A stretch of 64,000 nt of DNA from Savitreella phatthalungensis. Lineage: Eukaryota. The notes beneath the pieces were generated by a model. The model was not told where the DNA came from, did no database searches, and was given only the letters and a program-made list of their open reading frames with translations. Positions 30,685-41,508 of the stretch are shown here, one piece after another (the stretch's first letter is position 1; every line of letters starts with the position of its first letter). Both the position numbers and the translations under genes were made by a program. The stretch lies in assembly GCA_051599415.1 (NCBI GenBank), contig AP039693.1, forward strand, positions 496,001 to 560,000, in the 5' to 3' direction.

Positions 30685-32016
30685 ATGGCCTCGAGAATAG
30701 ACCAGGCTGATGAGCTCATCTCTGCTGGAGATACTGCCAGCGCAGAAGCACTCCTCAAAGAGATTCTCTCGTCTGCTGACGAGTCTGAGACATCTACACG
30801 CGAGCATGAGCAAGCACTGATCAAGCTCGGCGCAATCTACCGCGATGCCGGTCGGGCGGAGGACATTGCCAACTTGATCAGAGACTCGAGAGCGTTCATG
30901 GTCAAGTTTGCAAGGTCAAAGACGGCAAAGCTGCTCCGGACGATGATTGACTACATCAAGGACATCCCCGGCACACTCGACCGTCAAGTAGAGGTAACAC
31001 GAGAATCCATCGACTGGGCAAAGGGAGAGAAGCGCGTGTTCCTGCGGCAATCACTAGAGACCAGACTTGTGGGACTATACATCGACACGGCACAGTACCA
31101 GCCAGCAATTGCCCTGATTGACACACTTCTGCGAGAGCTCAAGAAACTTGACGACAAGTTGCAGCTGGTCGAGGTTCACCTGCTTGAGTCTCGTGTCCAC
31201 CACCTCCTCCGCAGCATGGCAAAGTCCAGAGCGGCCCTCACATCAGCCAAGACAGCAGCAAACGCAGTCTATTGCCCACCTCTCCTCCAGGCTTCCCTCG
31301 ACGCGCAGTCTGGAATCTTGCATGCGGAGGAGAAAGACTACGAGACCGCGTACTCGTACTTCTACGAGGCGATGGAGGGATTTGCGGCACAGGACGATCC
31401 GCGCGCGAGCTCCATCATCAAGTATATGTTGCTATCAAAAGTGATGCTGAATTCGTCAGGTGACGATGTGAAGACCTTGCTGAGCGGCAAGCTGGCGGCC
31501 AAATACGCTGGACGTAATCTCGACGCCATCCGAGCAATTGCAGAAGCACATAAGGCCAGGTCGCTCGCGCAATTCGAGCAGGCCCTGGAATCGTACAAGG
31601 AAGAGCTCGGTGCAGACCCGATCATCCGCGCACATTTCTCTTCTCTCTACGATACCTTGCTCGAGCAGAACCTCGTCAAGGTGATCGAGCCTTTCAGCGT
31701 CGTCGAGATTTCCCACATTGCTGCCAGCGTCGGTCTCTCTGCGCAGCAGGTCGAGGGTAAACTATCACAAATGGTCCTAGATCGCGTTATTCACGCAGTC
31801 ATCGACCAAGGTACAGGCACCCTCGTTATCTACGAACCACCAGACCAAGACAAGGTATACACAGCAGCACTTGACACCATCAAGCACATGTCTACAGTCG
31901 TAGACCTCCTCTACGAAAAGGCTGTCCGGGAACAGCGACTTCCTGAAGAAGATCAACCGAATGACTCTTCAACCACCAAGGAGCAAGACAGTCGGCCAGT
32001 AGAAGCGGCCGTCTAG
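30685..32016 (+). CDS. RPN6: 26S proteasome lid subunit Rpn6
   Basis: EKRVFLRQSLETRL, LLRELKKLDDK, KDYETAYSYFYE, and PCI domain LYDTLLEQNLVKVIEPFS. Confidence 0.96.
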   Translation: MASRIDQADELISAGDTASAEALLKEILSSADESETSTREHEQALIKLGAIYRDAGRAEDIANLIRDSRAFMVKFARSKTAKLLRTMIDYIKDIPGTLDRQVEVTRESIDWAKGEKRVFLRQSLETRLVGLYIDTAQYQPAIALIDTLLRELKKLDDKLQLVEVHLLESRVHHLLRSMAKSRAALTSAKTAANAVYCPPLLQASLDAQSGILHAEEKDYETAYSYFYEAMEGFAAQDDPRASSIIKYMLLSKVMLNSSGDDVKTLLSGKLAAKYAGRNLDAIRAIAEAHKARSLAQFEQALESYKEELGADPIIRAHFSSLYDTLLEQNLVKVIEPFSVVEISHIAASVGLSAQQVEGKLSQMVLDRVIHAVIDQGTGTLVIYEPPDQDKVYTAALDTIKHMSTVVDLLYEKAVREQRLPEEDQPNDSSTTKEQDSRPVEAAV

Positions 32017-32346
32017 ATATTTCGAAGAGCACGATGTGACTAGCAGAATGTACTGAGCGCTAATAGCATTCACATTGTTCGAGCCCGCCATTTCGTTAAC
32101 CATTGATGATGTCCTATTGCCTCGTTTGACTTGACTGTTTAGCTCAATATATCCGATAGCCTGCTTCTCGAATGTCATGCATCCTTTAACCGAAATATCA
32201 CACAGCCATTAGATGAAAAGCAAAACGCGACGCGACGCTTCACTACTGAGAGTCTCTTACTATACTGTACATATACAGGGTATCAGCAAAGAGTCTCCAA
32301 CCACAAGCACGTCAGTCACGCACCAAGACTGCTTCTCTCCCGACAG

Positions 32347-33783
32347 ATGCAGGCACCACCTCGGAAACGACAGCAGGTCAGCTATGCTCCATTGAGTCGA
32401 CCGATCGATCGTCACCTACCAGACGGCGCAGATGAGGTCGACCCAGTCACTGCAGGACTCTATGCGCGGATGCAGGCGTGTGAACGTCGCGCCGAGACTG
32501 TGCTATCCCGAAAGCGATTCGATCTCCAGGACATGCTTGCTGGCTCTGGCGGGTCCATGAATGCCTCAGGGGCAGCCAGATCCACAACCTCCACGGCCCT
32601 CACCGTTGGCAGGCCGCAAAAACGGACGCTCAGGATCTTCCTCTCAAACACAGCAGCCGATCAACCCTGGCAAGCGCGCGCCACAAACGCAGCAAACGGT
32701 GTCGAAGATGACGGCAACTTCGACTTTGAGACAACCAATATTCCATCGTGGGAACTGCGAATCGAAGGGAGACTGCTGCCGAAGACTTCTGTCGGCATCG
32801 CAACTGCGACTGTTGGAGCAGATGGGGACGTAGAGATGGGGGGCACAGAGGCACCTGCCAAGCAGGAGAAGCTGTTCACCGAATTCCTCAGGAGTGTCGT
32901 CGTCGAAGAGGTCAGAGAGCAGCCGAATGGATATAGCGAGGGGCCGATTCTAGAATGGCACCGTCCACAGCCGCCTAGACCGGTAGCAGGACAACCGCCG
33001 CAACAACAGCCTGCGTCGGTAGAAGTTCCATCGGCACCAGGAATCGCCGTCAAGCGGAAAGGCGACACGGATGTGCCGGTCACCATCACCATCACACTCG
33101 AGCAGTCGCCTGAGCGGTATCGGTTGAGCCCAAAGCTGGCGCAGATCCTTGACACGCCGGAGGATACGCGTGCACAGGTGATTATGAATCTGTGGCATTA
33201 CGTGAGAGCGAACAAACTGCTCGATAGCGACGAGAAGCGGCTTGTCATCAACGATGCACCCCTGCGCGAGATCTTTGGACAAGACAGGACCTTCTTCCCG
33301 ACCGTGCCAGAGCTCATCACTCGTCATCTCTCCCCGGTCGAGCCAATCACTCTCAAGTACACGATCAAGACATCCGCAGACAGGACTGTTGCGCCAGAGT
33401 ACTACGATGTCGAAGTCGATGTCGACGACGGATCTCGTCTCGCCGTGCGTCAGACCCTCCAGAAGCTCGCACAAGCGTCTGGAAATACTGCTGGAGGAGC
33501 GTCTGCTCGTGCTTCAGAAATCGACCGAGAGCTCGCAGATTTGATGCCGATCCTCGACACCGCTCTCACAAAGCGCCATTTCCTCCACTCCCTAGCAACA
33601 GACCCAGTCACCTTCCTGAACGACTGGTACAGCGCCCAAGCCGCTGATCTAGAACTCATCCTCGCAGACACCAAATACGCCAACCAGGAGCAACTCAGGA
33701 GAGCAGACTTCTACCAAGACAAATCCAACAAGGCATGGCTCAACGAAGGTGTGTTCCACTATCTCGCGGCCCAGCGGCAATAG
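32347..33783 (+). CDS. SNF12: SWI/SNF/RSC complex subunit Snf12/Ssr3 (SMARCD), SWIB domain
   Basis: KRTLRIFLSNT, WELRIEGRLL, and SWIB domain RYRLSPKLAQIL..TRAQVIMNLWHYVR..NDAPLREIF. Confidence 0.88.
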   Translation: MQAPPRKRQQVSYAPLSRPIDRHLPDGADEVDPVTAGLYARMQACERRAETVLSRKRFDLQDMLAGSGGSMNASGAARSTTSTALTVGRPQKRTLRIFLSNTAADQPWQARATNAANGVEDDGNFDFETTNIPSWELRIEGRLLPKTSVGIATATVGADGDVEMGGTEAPAKQEKLFTEFLRSVVVEEVREQPNGYSEGPILEWHRPQPPRPVAGQPPQQQPASVEVPSAPGIAVKRKGDTDVPVTITITLEQSPERYRLSPKLAQILDTPEDTRAQVIMNLWHYVRANKLLDSDEKRLVINDAPLREIFGQDRTFFPTVPELITRHLSPVEPITLKYTIKTSADRTVAPEYYDVEVDVDDGSRLAVRQTLQKLAQASGNTAGGASARASEIDRELADLMPILDTALTKRHFLHSLATDPVTFLNDWYSAQAADLELILADTKYANQEQLRRADFYQDKSNKAWLNEGVFHYLAAQRQ

Positions 33784-34195
33784 CACAATAGTACAAACAA
33801 AGGCACCCAAGAAGATAGAAAAGAAGAAGTAGCTAGTCTTGGCGTAGACTAGAGCGTGTACACAAGCATTTCCGGGAAGATCTCTCTGCATCAGATGTAC
33901 TGTCTGTGAGTGTCGTGGATGTGATTGCGTTCATCAGGCTGGTTCAGTCACCATCATCCTTTCAATTATGAAGATTGTAATTGGTCAGCAATTAAATCAT
34001 TTGGTGTACGTACCACATGTCCAAAGTAGAACAGTACAAATACAACTACCTGTGACGTACATATCATCTTAGCAAGCATCTCAAGTCAGTCGGCAAGTCA
34101 GGAAGCAAGTCAGCATCGCACTTGCTAAACAACGATCTCCACGAACTCAAGGCGAGGCAACTCTTCAATTCTCTGACTTCCCGGTCTATTCATTC

Positions 34196-34894
34196 ATGAC
34201 GTCCAGGCAGGACACGCAAGACGAAAGGCAAACTCTCCTAAACGATCCTCCAATTCTCCAGCAAGACCAACATTCACTCGCCAATAATCTTTGGACAGGA
34301 ACAGGGATGTTGGCAGAAGTAGGTGCGGTTGGCCTGCTCGCACTTGTCTGGTTTCTGACGCTGCGTGACAAGCTCATCCTTGCATCTTACCACCCGCTCA
34401 TGCAGTCGCTCGGGCTTGTATTCCTGGTACAGGCGGTCCTGATCCTCCAGCCAACGCACACGGCACAGCAGAAGCGGGACGGCACGAGGACACACTCGGT
34501 CCTGCACGTTCTCGCTCTGAGCAGCTTCATTGCCGGTGCAGCCATCATCTGGATCAACAAGCGGAACTACGGCGCTGCCCACTACACCACCTACCACGGC
34601 AAGTTCGGTCTAGCAACGGCCATCGTCCTCATCCTCCAAGCGGCAGTCGGTGCAGCAGCGTACTACGTCCCATCCCTCTTCGGCAGCGAGGCACGTGCAA
34701 AAGCGCTGTACAAGTGGCACAGAGCTGCAGGCTATCTCACTAGCGCGCTCGTCCTCTTCACAGTCACCCTGGGCACACAGTCAACCTACTTCCTCCAGAA
34801 ACTAGATGTCCTTTGGGTCTGGATTGTTCTGGACATCCTCATCATCGCCGGCATCGCAGCCAGAATCAGGACTAGCAAAATGCGTCTCTTCTAG
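34196..34894 (+). CDS. Cytochrome b561 family membrane protein
   Basis: Multiple TM segments with four heme-ligand-type His (SYHPLM, THSVLH, TYHGKFG, KWHRAAGY). Confidence 0.85.
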   Translation: MTSRQDTQDERQTLLNDPPILQQDQHSLANNLWTGTGMLAEVGAVGLLALVWFLTLRDKLILASYHPLMQSLGLVFLVQAVLILQPTHTAQQKRDGTRTHSVLHVLALSSFIAGAAIIWINKRNYGAAHYTTYHGKFGLATAIVLILQAAVGAAAYYVPSLFGSEARAKALYKWHRAAGYLTSALVLFTVTLGTQSTYFLQKLDVLWVWIVLDILIIAGIAARIRTSKMRLF

Positions 34895-35142
34895 ACCACA
34901 CCGCTATCGCCTCACAGCTTAAGACCCCAAATGTTTTACTTCTAGTCTAGCGTTACTTTCGCAATAGCCATCATGATCCATGTCGACCTAGACTAGCATC
35001 TCCAATGCGCTTCCGTATGTCGACTGACTGACAACAGGAAGGTATTGTAAAGCTGTAGCAGTGGTCGATCACGTGAAATTTGAGAGTGGATGATCTTCTG
35101 TGCAGCAAAATGCAAAATAAACAAACGTCAATCAATGCACAG

Positions 35143-35254
35143 ACGCGTTCAATACACTCTGACAAGGATACAACCTGGACAGGTTACTACTCATCCGACT
35201 CTCGCTCTTCCTTCTCTCACACAAAGACAAGGAAGTACTCCTTCACAGACGCGT
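35143..35254. promoter_or_regulatory. Two MCB elements (ACGCGT) upstream of TOP2
   Basis: ACGCGT at 35143-35148 and 35249-35254; a near-match ACGCGC at 35372. Confidence 0.55.
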
Positions 35255-35481
35255 CTGTATCAAGCACCTCTACCGCAGGGCAATAGTCCTAGAGAGAGAC
35301 GATACTTCTCTCCAGAAGGCTTATCAATAGCCGCTGCCTTTACCTAGGCATCAGGGCAAAGGCTCTCTCAGACGCGCGCCCCTATCTTTCACAACAAATC
35401 ATCACAAGCGCGTGTACCCTCAGCAGCCCTTTACAACACTCATCTCTGAACCAGCTCAGTCAATTTAGACAGACTTCCAGC

Positions 35482-38400
35482 ATGTCCTCTGACGATGACT
35501 ACACGGAGAACTACGAGCCTACGCCCGTCGCAGCCAAGTCAACAAAGCGATCAAAGGTCATTGACAGCGACGTGGACGACAGCTTCAATGATACCTCGTT
35601 CAGCTCGCCGAAGCCTGCCAAGAAGCGTGCACCTGCAAAGAAGATCCTGAATGAGTCTCATCACAATGAGATCCTTGATGATGATGTCTCCGTCACAAGC
35701 ACTCCCAAAGCAGCCTCCAAGAGAGCAGCGCCTACAGCCTCAAAGGCAAAAGCCTCTGACCAATATCAGAAGCTGACACAGCTCGAGCATGTCATCAAGC
35801 GTCCAGATACATACATCGGCTCGATCGAAGCACAGCAGCAGGAAATGTGGACGTACAGTGCAGAGAGGGAGGCTATGGAATTCAAAAAGGTCACTTTCGT
35901 GCCAGGTCTGTTCAAGATCTTTGACGAGATCCTCGTCAACGCTGCTGACAACAAGCAACGTGACCCCACCATGGACACTCTCAAGGTCGACTTTGACCGT
36001 GAAGCCAACACGATCAGCGTCTACAACAACGGACAAGGTATTCCAGTGGAGATCCACGAGAAGGAAGGGATCTATATTCCAGAACTCATCTTCGGTCATC
36101 TCCTCACGTCCAGCAATTACGACGACGATGAGCGCAAGACCACAGGTGGTCGTAATGGATTCGGTGCAAAGCTCGCCAACATCTTCTCCACCGAGTTCAC
36201 GCTCGAGACCGCAGACAAAAAGAATGGCAAAAAGTACGTCCAGACCTGGACCAACAACATGTCGTCTGTCGGCAAGGCCAAGGTCACGAGCAACAAGACC
36301 TCAGAGTACACAAAAGTCGTCTTCAAGCCGGATCTCACCAAATTTGGAATGACAGAGATGGACGAAGACTTTGAAGGAATTCTTCGCCGCAGAGTATACG
36401 ACCTTGCAGGATGTGTTCCAGGAGTCAAGGTCTTCCTGAACGGCGAGCGAATCCGCATCAAGAATTTCAAGGAGTATGTCGGTCTGTACACGAAGAGCAT
36501 GCCTGAGCGAGAGAAGCCGGCACCGGTGGTCTACGAGAGTGTCAACGATCGGTGGGAGGTCGCGTTCACCATCTCCGAAGGTCAATTCAATCAGGTCTCG
36601 TTCGTCAACTCGATCGCCACCACCAAGGGCGGCACGCACGTCGAGCACGTTGCCATTCAGCTCGTAAACCGCATCGTCCAGGAGTATGCGAAGAAGAACA
36701 AAAAGGCAGCCGCCCTTAAGCCTTTCCAAGTGAGGCAGAACGTCTGGCTTTTTGTCAACTGCAAGATCGAGAACCCAGCATTCGACTCACAGACTAAGGA
36801 GACGCTCACGCTGAAGCAGTCTCAATTCGGTTCGAAGTGCAACCTCTCTGAAGACTTCCTCAAGAAGGTCATCAAATCAGGCATTTTGGATGACCTCTCC
36901 CGTCAGAGCGAGGCCCGTGCAGACAAGGCTCTCAAGAAGACGGACGGCTCGAAGCGGTCCCGCATCACAGGCATGGCCAAGCTGGAAGATGCAAACAAGG
37001 CCGGCACGCGCGAGGGTGAACGGTGTACGTTGATCTTGACAGAAGGAGATTCCGCAAAGGCACTCGCAATTGCTGGCATGTCAGTCGTAGGTCGCGACCA
37101 TTTCGGTGTCTTCCCGCTCAGAGGTAAGCTCCTGAACGTGCGCGAAGCCTCCGCTACCCAGATCCAAGCCAACACGGAAATTCAAAACATCAAGCAGATC
37201 CTCGGCCTAAAGCACGGCTCCAAATACGAGTCCGCCAAAGACCTCCGATACGGTCACTTGATGATCATGACAGACCAGGACCACGACGGTTCTCACATCA
37301 AAGGTCTCATTATCAACTATCTCGAATTCTACTATCCTTCCCTGCTCGAGATCCCAGGATTCCTGATCGAGTTCATCACGCCGATCGTCAGGTGCACAAA
37401 GGGCAAGGAAGTCGTCTCATTCTTCACCCTGCCGGAGTACGAGCAGTGGCGGGAACAGGTACAACCAGGCAAAGAGTGGAAAATCAAGTACTTCAAGGGT
37501 CTCGGTACCTCCGACTCGAACGACGCGAAGAAATACTTCTCCGACCTCGATCGCCATCTCAAGGAGTTCCACACTCTCCAGCCAGGAGACAAGGATCTCA
37601 TCTCGCTCGCATTTGCCAAGAAGCAAGCTGATGACCGCAAAGAATGGCTTAGGGAGTTCCGGCCGGGAACATTCATGGACCACAGCGTTGCACGCATCCC
37701 AATCTCCGACTTCATCAACAAGGAACTCATCCTCTTCTCCCTCGCAGACAATGTTCGCAGTATTCCCAGCATCATCGACGGCTTCAAGCCAGGTCAGCGC
37801 AAGATCATTTACGCCTGTTTCAAGCGCAAGCTCAAGCAAGAAATCAAGGTTGCCCAACTCGTCGGGTACGTCGGTGAGCACACGGCTTACCACCACGGAG
37901 AGCAGTCCCTCGCTCAGACGATCGTCGGCCTTGCCCAAACCTTTGTCGGCAGCAACAACATCAACATTCTCATGCCAAACGGACAGTTCGGTACCCGCCA
38001 CCAGGGCGGCAAGGACGCAGCTTCACCTCGTTATATCTTCACGGATCTCTCCAAGATCGCACGTCGTATCTTCTGCGAAGCAGACGCGCCCCTCCTCAAC
38101 TACCTCAACGACGACGGCCTCTCGATCGAGCCCGAGTGGTATGTACCAGTGCTGCCGATGGTCCTCGTCAACGGTGCCGCAGGTATTGGAACTGGCTGGT
38201 CTACCAGCATCCCGAACTTCGACCCGCGCGAGATTGTCGACAATCTACGGCGAATGATGCGTGGCGAGGAGCCGGTCAAGATGCACCCATGGTACCGTGG
38301 CTTCACGGGACCGATCACCGCCGATCCAGACAACCCGAACAACTACCGAGCGCTTGGCACGATCGAGGAAATCGACGACAACACGCTCCAGATCTCAGAG

Positions 38401-39951
38401 CTCCCAATCGGCTTCTGGACCCAGAACATGAAGGAGTTCCTAGAGAAGGGCATCGCGGGCGACGGCGACAAGAATCCGGCATGGATCAAGGACTACGCCG
38501 ACAACTCGACAGAGTCCAATGTCCACTTCACCATCACCTTATCAGACGCTGCGATGAAGGAAGCTCAAGCGGTCGGTCTCCAGAAGAAGTTCAAGCTGTC
38601 CGAAGGCATCTCCATGGGTAACCTTGTCGCCTTCGATGCAGAAGGCCGGATCAAGAAGTACAGCTCGTGCGAAGATATCCTTGCGGACTTCTACCATGTC
38701 AGGCTGCGCTTCTACCAGAAGCGAAAGGACTGGATGACAGCAGACCTCGAGCGTCAGCTCGATCGTCTCTCCAACCAGGCTCGCTTCGTCCAGATGATTA
38801 TCTCGCGCGAGCTCGTCGTCTCCAACAGAAAGCGTTCAGATCTCGTCACTGAACTCGATAGGCTCAAGTTTACGTCGTTCCCAACGAAGAAGCTAGCGCA
38901 CGTGGCCGGCGAAGTTGAGGACGTTGTGGAGGAAGAGGCCGAGGAGGCTGCAGTAAATCATAAAGATCACGGCTACGACTACCTGCTAGGAATGGCGATT
39001 TGGAGTTTGACAAAGGAGCGCGTAGAGCGTCTGCTTCGTGACCGTGCGACGAAAGAGGAAGAGTTGACGGCGCTGCTGAAATTATCGGCCAAGGATCTCT
39101 GGTCGACAGATCTTGATGCCTTCATGCAGGAGTGGGAAGCCTTGCTCGAGCAAGATGAAGCCGATCGTCAGAAGGCTACCGCCATCAAGAAGAACAAGCG
39201 AGCCAGCAAGATTGCTGGTGGTGCTGCAGGTCGAGGCAAGAAGCGTGCGGCCGCTGACGATGACGATGACTACAGCCCAGCGAAGAAGAAGTCGACCTCC
39301 TCAGCCGCCGTCAAGCGAGAGCCCGTACCCAAGAAACCAAAGCTCGTCGACAACAGCAGCCCTGTGTCAGTCCTCGCAGACGCGAAGAGCACAGGTCCAC
39401 CGACGCCAGTCAAGAAGGAGGAACCGGCTGAGGACAATGACGACGTCTTTGCCTTCTTCGCCAACAAGCAGCAGAGCAAGACGAAGATCGCCACAGCGCC
39501 AGTCTCCACAGCACAAGCTGCACTCGGTCCAGCTCAAGGTGTCAAGCCAAAACCAGCTCCAAAGCGAGTCGTCGACAGTGATGACGATGATGACTGGTAC
39601 GGCAGGCTAGCTGGCGGCGACGACAACAACGATGCTGCCGCGGCGACAACAATCAAGAAAGCTTCATCTTCAGCATCAACGACGACAAAGAAGGAGGCAG
39701 CTCCAAAGAAGAAAGTACCTGCAGCTGCAGCAGCCAAGCCCGCGGCAAAGGCGAAAAAGCAGCTCAAGCTTGACAGCGACGACGAAGAACTTCTAGCCGA
39801 TGCACCATCAAAAGCCCAAGCAAGCGCACCGAAGGCTCGTCGAGCAGCTGCCGCTAAGAAACCTTCTTACGCGATCGATTCTGAGGAGGAAGATGACAGA
39901 GCTTCGGACTCGGATGGCAGCGTCGACTTTTCCGACGGCGACGATGACTAG
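35482..39951 (+). CDS. TOP2: DNA topoisomerase II
   Basis: EILVNAADN, GGRNGFGAKL, TLILTEGDSA, PLRGKLLNVR, IMTDQDHDGSHIKGL, KYFKGLGTS, and active-site ASPRYI. Confidence 0.98.
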   Translation: MSSDDDYTENYEPTPVAAKSTKRSKVIDSDVDDSFNDTSFSSPKPAKKRAPAKKILNESHHNEILDDDVSVTSTPKAASKRAAPTASKAKASDQYQKLTQLEHVIKRPDTYIGSIEAQQQEMWTYSAEREAMEFKKVTFVPGLFKIFDEILVNAADNKQRDPTMDTLKVDFDREANTISVYNNGQGIPVEIHEKEGIYIPELIFGHLLTSSNYDDDERKTTGGRNGFGAKLANIFSTEFTLETADKKNGKKYVQTWTNNMSSVGKAKVTSNKTSEYTKVVFKPDLTKFGMTEMDEDFEGILRRRVYDLAGCVPGVKVFLNGERIRIKNFKEYVGLYTKSMPEREKPAPVVYESVNDRWEVAFTISEGQFNQVSFVNSIATTKGGTHVEHVAIQLVNRIVQEYAKKNKKAAALKPFQVRQNVWLFVNCKIENPAFDSQTKETLTLKQSQFGSKCNLSEDFLKKVIKSGILDDLSRQSEARADKALKKTDGSKRSRITGMAKLEDANKAGTREGERCTLILTEGDSAKALAIAGMSVVGRDHFGVFPLRGKLLNVREASATQIQANTEIQNIKQILGLKHGSKYESAKDLRYGHLMIMTDQDHDGSHIKGLIINYLEFYYPSLLEIPGFLIEFITPIVRCTKGKEVVSFFTLPEYEQWREQVQPGKEWKIKYFKGLGTSDSNDAKKYFSDLDRHLKEFHTLQPGDKDLISLAFAKKQADDRKEWLREFRPGTFMDHSVARIPISDFINKELILFSLADNVRSIPSIIDGFKPGQRKIIYACFKRKLKQEIKVAQLVGYVGEHTAYHHGEQSLAQTIVGLAQTFVGSNNINILMPNGQFGTRHQGGKDAASPRYIFTDLSKIARRIFCEADAPLLNYLNDDGLSIEPEWYVPVLPMVLVNGAAGIGTGWSTSIPNFDPREIVDNLRRMMRGEEPVKMHPWYRGFTGPITADPDNPNNYRALGTIEEIDDNTLQISELPIGFWTQNMKEFLEKGIAGDGDKNPAWIKDYADNSTESNVHFTITLSDAAMKEAQAVGLQKKFKLSEGISMGNLVAFDAEGRIKKYSSCEDILADFYHVRLRFYQKRKDWMTADLERQLDRLSNQARFVQMIISRELVVSNRKRSDLVTELDRLKFTSFPTKKLAHVAGEVEDVVEEEAEEAAVNHKDHGYDYLLGMAIWSLTKERVERLLRDRATKEEELTALLKLSAKDLWSTDLDAFMQEWEALLEQDEADRQKATAIKKNKRASKIAGGAAGRGKKRAAADDDDDYSPAKKKSTSSAAVKREPVPKKPKLVDNSSPVSVLADAKSTGPPTPVKKEEPAEDNDDVFAFFANKQQSKTKIATAPVSTAQAALGPAQGVKPKPAPKRVVDSDDDDDWYGRLAGGDDNNDAAAATTIKKASSSASTTTKKEAAPKKKVPAAAAAKPAAKAKKQLKLDSDDEELLADAPSKAQASAPKARRAAAAKKPSYAIDSEEEDDRASDSDGSVDFSDGDDD

Positions 39952-41508
39952 AGACCTCAATAAGTAATCTCATACATGTAACATTCACCTGCCTATCCGC
40001 TGGTGTCCCTAAAATTGACCCATGTGCACAGGCCTCCGGACGTCGGGGGTTACGCCGATCGTTCTCAAACCCGCGCACGGACCTCGAGGTCCAGATTGAG
40101 TTCACACTCGAGATCGGGATCGAGATCGAGATTGACTACAAAACACGCGAGACAATGCACCGCATTCCTCTGCTGCCCGTGTCGAGGTCGAATTTGAGCA
40201 CATCGCCGACCGGAGCAGACGATTGGAACACACCTAATAACACAGACTTTGCTGACTACGGTAAGCGAGAAAGCACTCTCACGCACACCATCGACACCGA
40301 CCTAATCTCGGGTATTCAAGCAAGATCAGACCCGTCAAAGCCGCCCTCGAATCCAAGCCACAAGGTCTCTCGACACCTCGAGCTTATCTGCTTACTTCCA
40401 ATACTGTCTACATACCATCTTTATCGCAGAGAATAGAACAGCCTGTCGCCACAAACGGATAATATCACGACACTCGTGACAGAGTAGAACACTCAAGGTA
40501 CGAACACGAGCACTTTCGATCGGGGAATCCAAAACGGCATCTGCTGAAGACCTCGAACTCTGTCTCCCGGCTCACACAACTTACCTCGAAACACACAGGA
40601 ACTCATTCCTCATCGACTCGCGTGGAGCACGCGTGTGTACGTGAGGAGAGTGTGTGACGACAGCGTGCGGGAATCCTGTTTCACCGAAGTCTTCTGCTTT
40701 CCTTCGTCCCAGCGTCACGAAGCCTCCGCCTCGGGATCCTCGCGATCGATTCGTCAATATTGCAGGAGTGTGGCTCCTTATTGAATGACCGACTCAAAGT
40801 CAATTGACATACCAAGCATTGCGTGTCTGATTGTCGAGAACATACTCATCGGTGTCCTGCGACCTGCACACTCGCGCCAGTGTCGCAGGCAGAAGACCTA
40901 GTCGCAAGTTCTCCTGCCACTCTGGGAAACTCCGGCCGACTTCCGCTTCTAGGTCACGCTTTTCACATCTCCAGGTCATTCCCTTGGCCTTCCCCTCTCC
41001 CGTTCGACCTGAACTAACCTAGACGTGTCCCTTATCATTCATCTGCCTTCCTCACTCACAAGCCAAAGACAGAGCGCTGAGCTCCGTCATCTATAGTGCA
41101 CCTGCACAACACGCATCTCGCCTAGCGCTCTTAGTTGCCTGCCGAAGTCTAGAAGAAATAAGGAAGTTCATTTCACGTTAGACTATCGCACGCCCATGCT
41201 CACGCTCATCGTCCCATGAGCGTCACAGAACAGGCGTCGTCTCAGATAACCGAGATCACCTACAGTACCATACCGGTCGTTCACCTGCTCACGCGCACAT
41301 CCTTAAGCCAAAGTGTCTATCGTTCGCTTCTCGCCTAATCGGAGCACTGCACTGCACTCAACCACCATTCAGTCGAGCGTATCCCCGTGCTCGCACATAT
41401 ATGAAGAAGTCAAGACTGTCGGCTTCCTCGAGTCTTCTTTATCATTGAGGACATCACACTGACCGAAGTGGTCATTCGCTTCCACTTCGCTCAAATTAAG
41501 TCTCGGCC

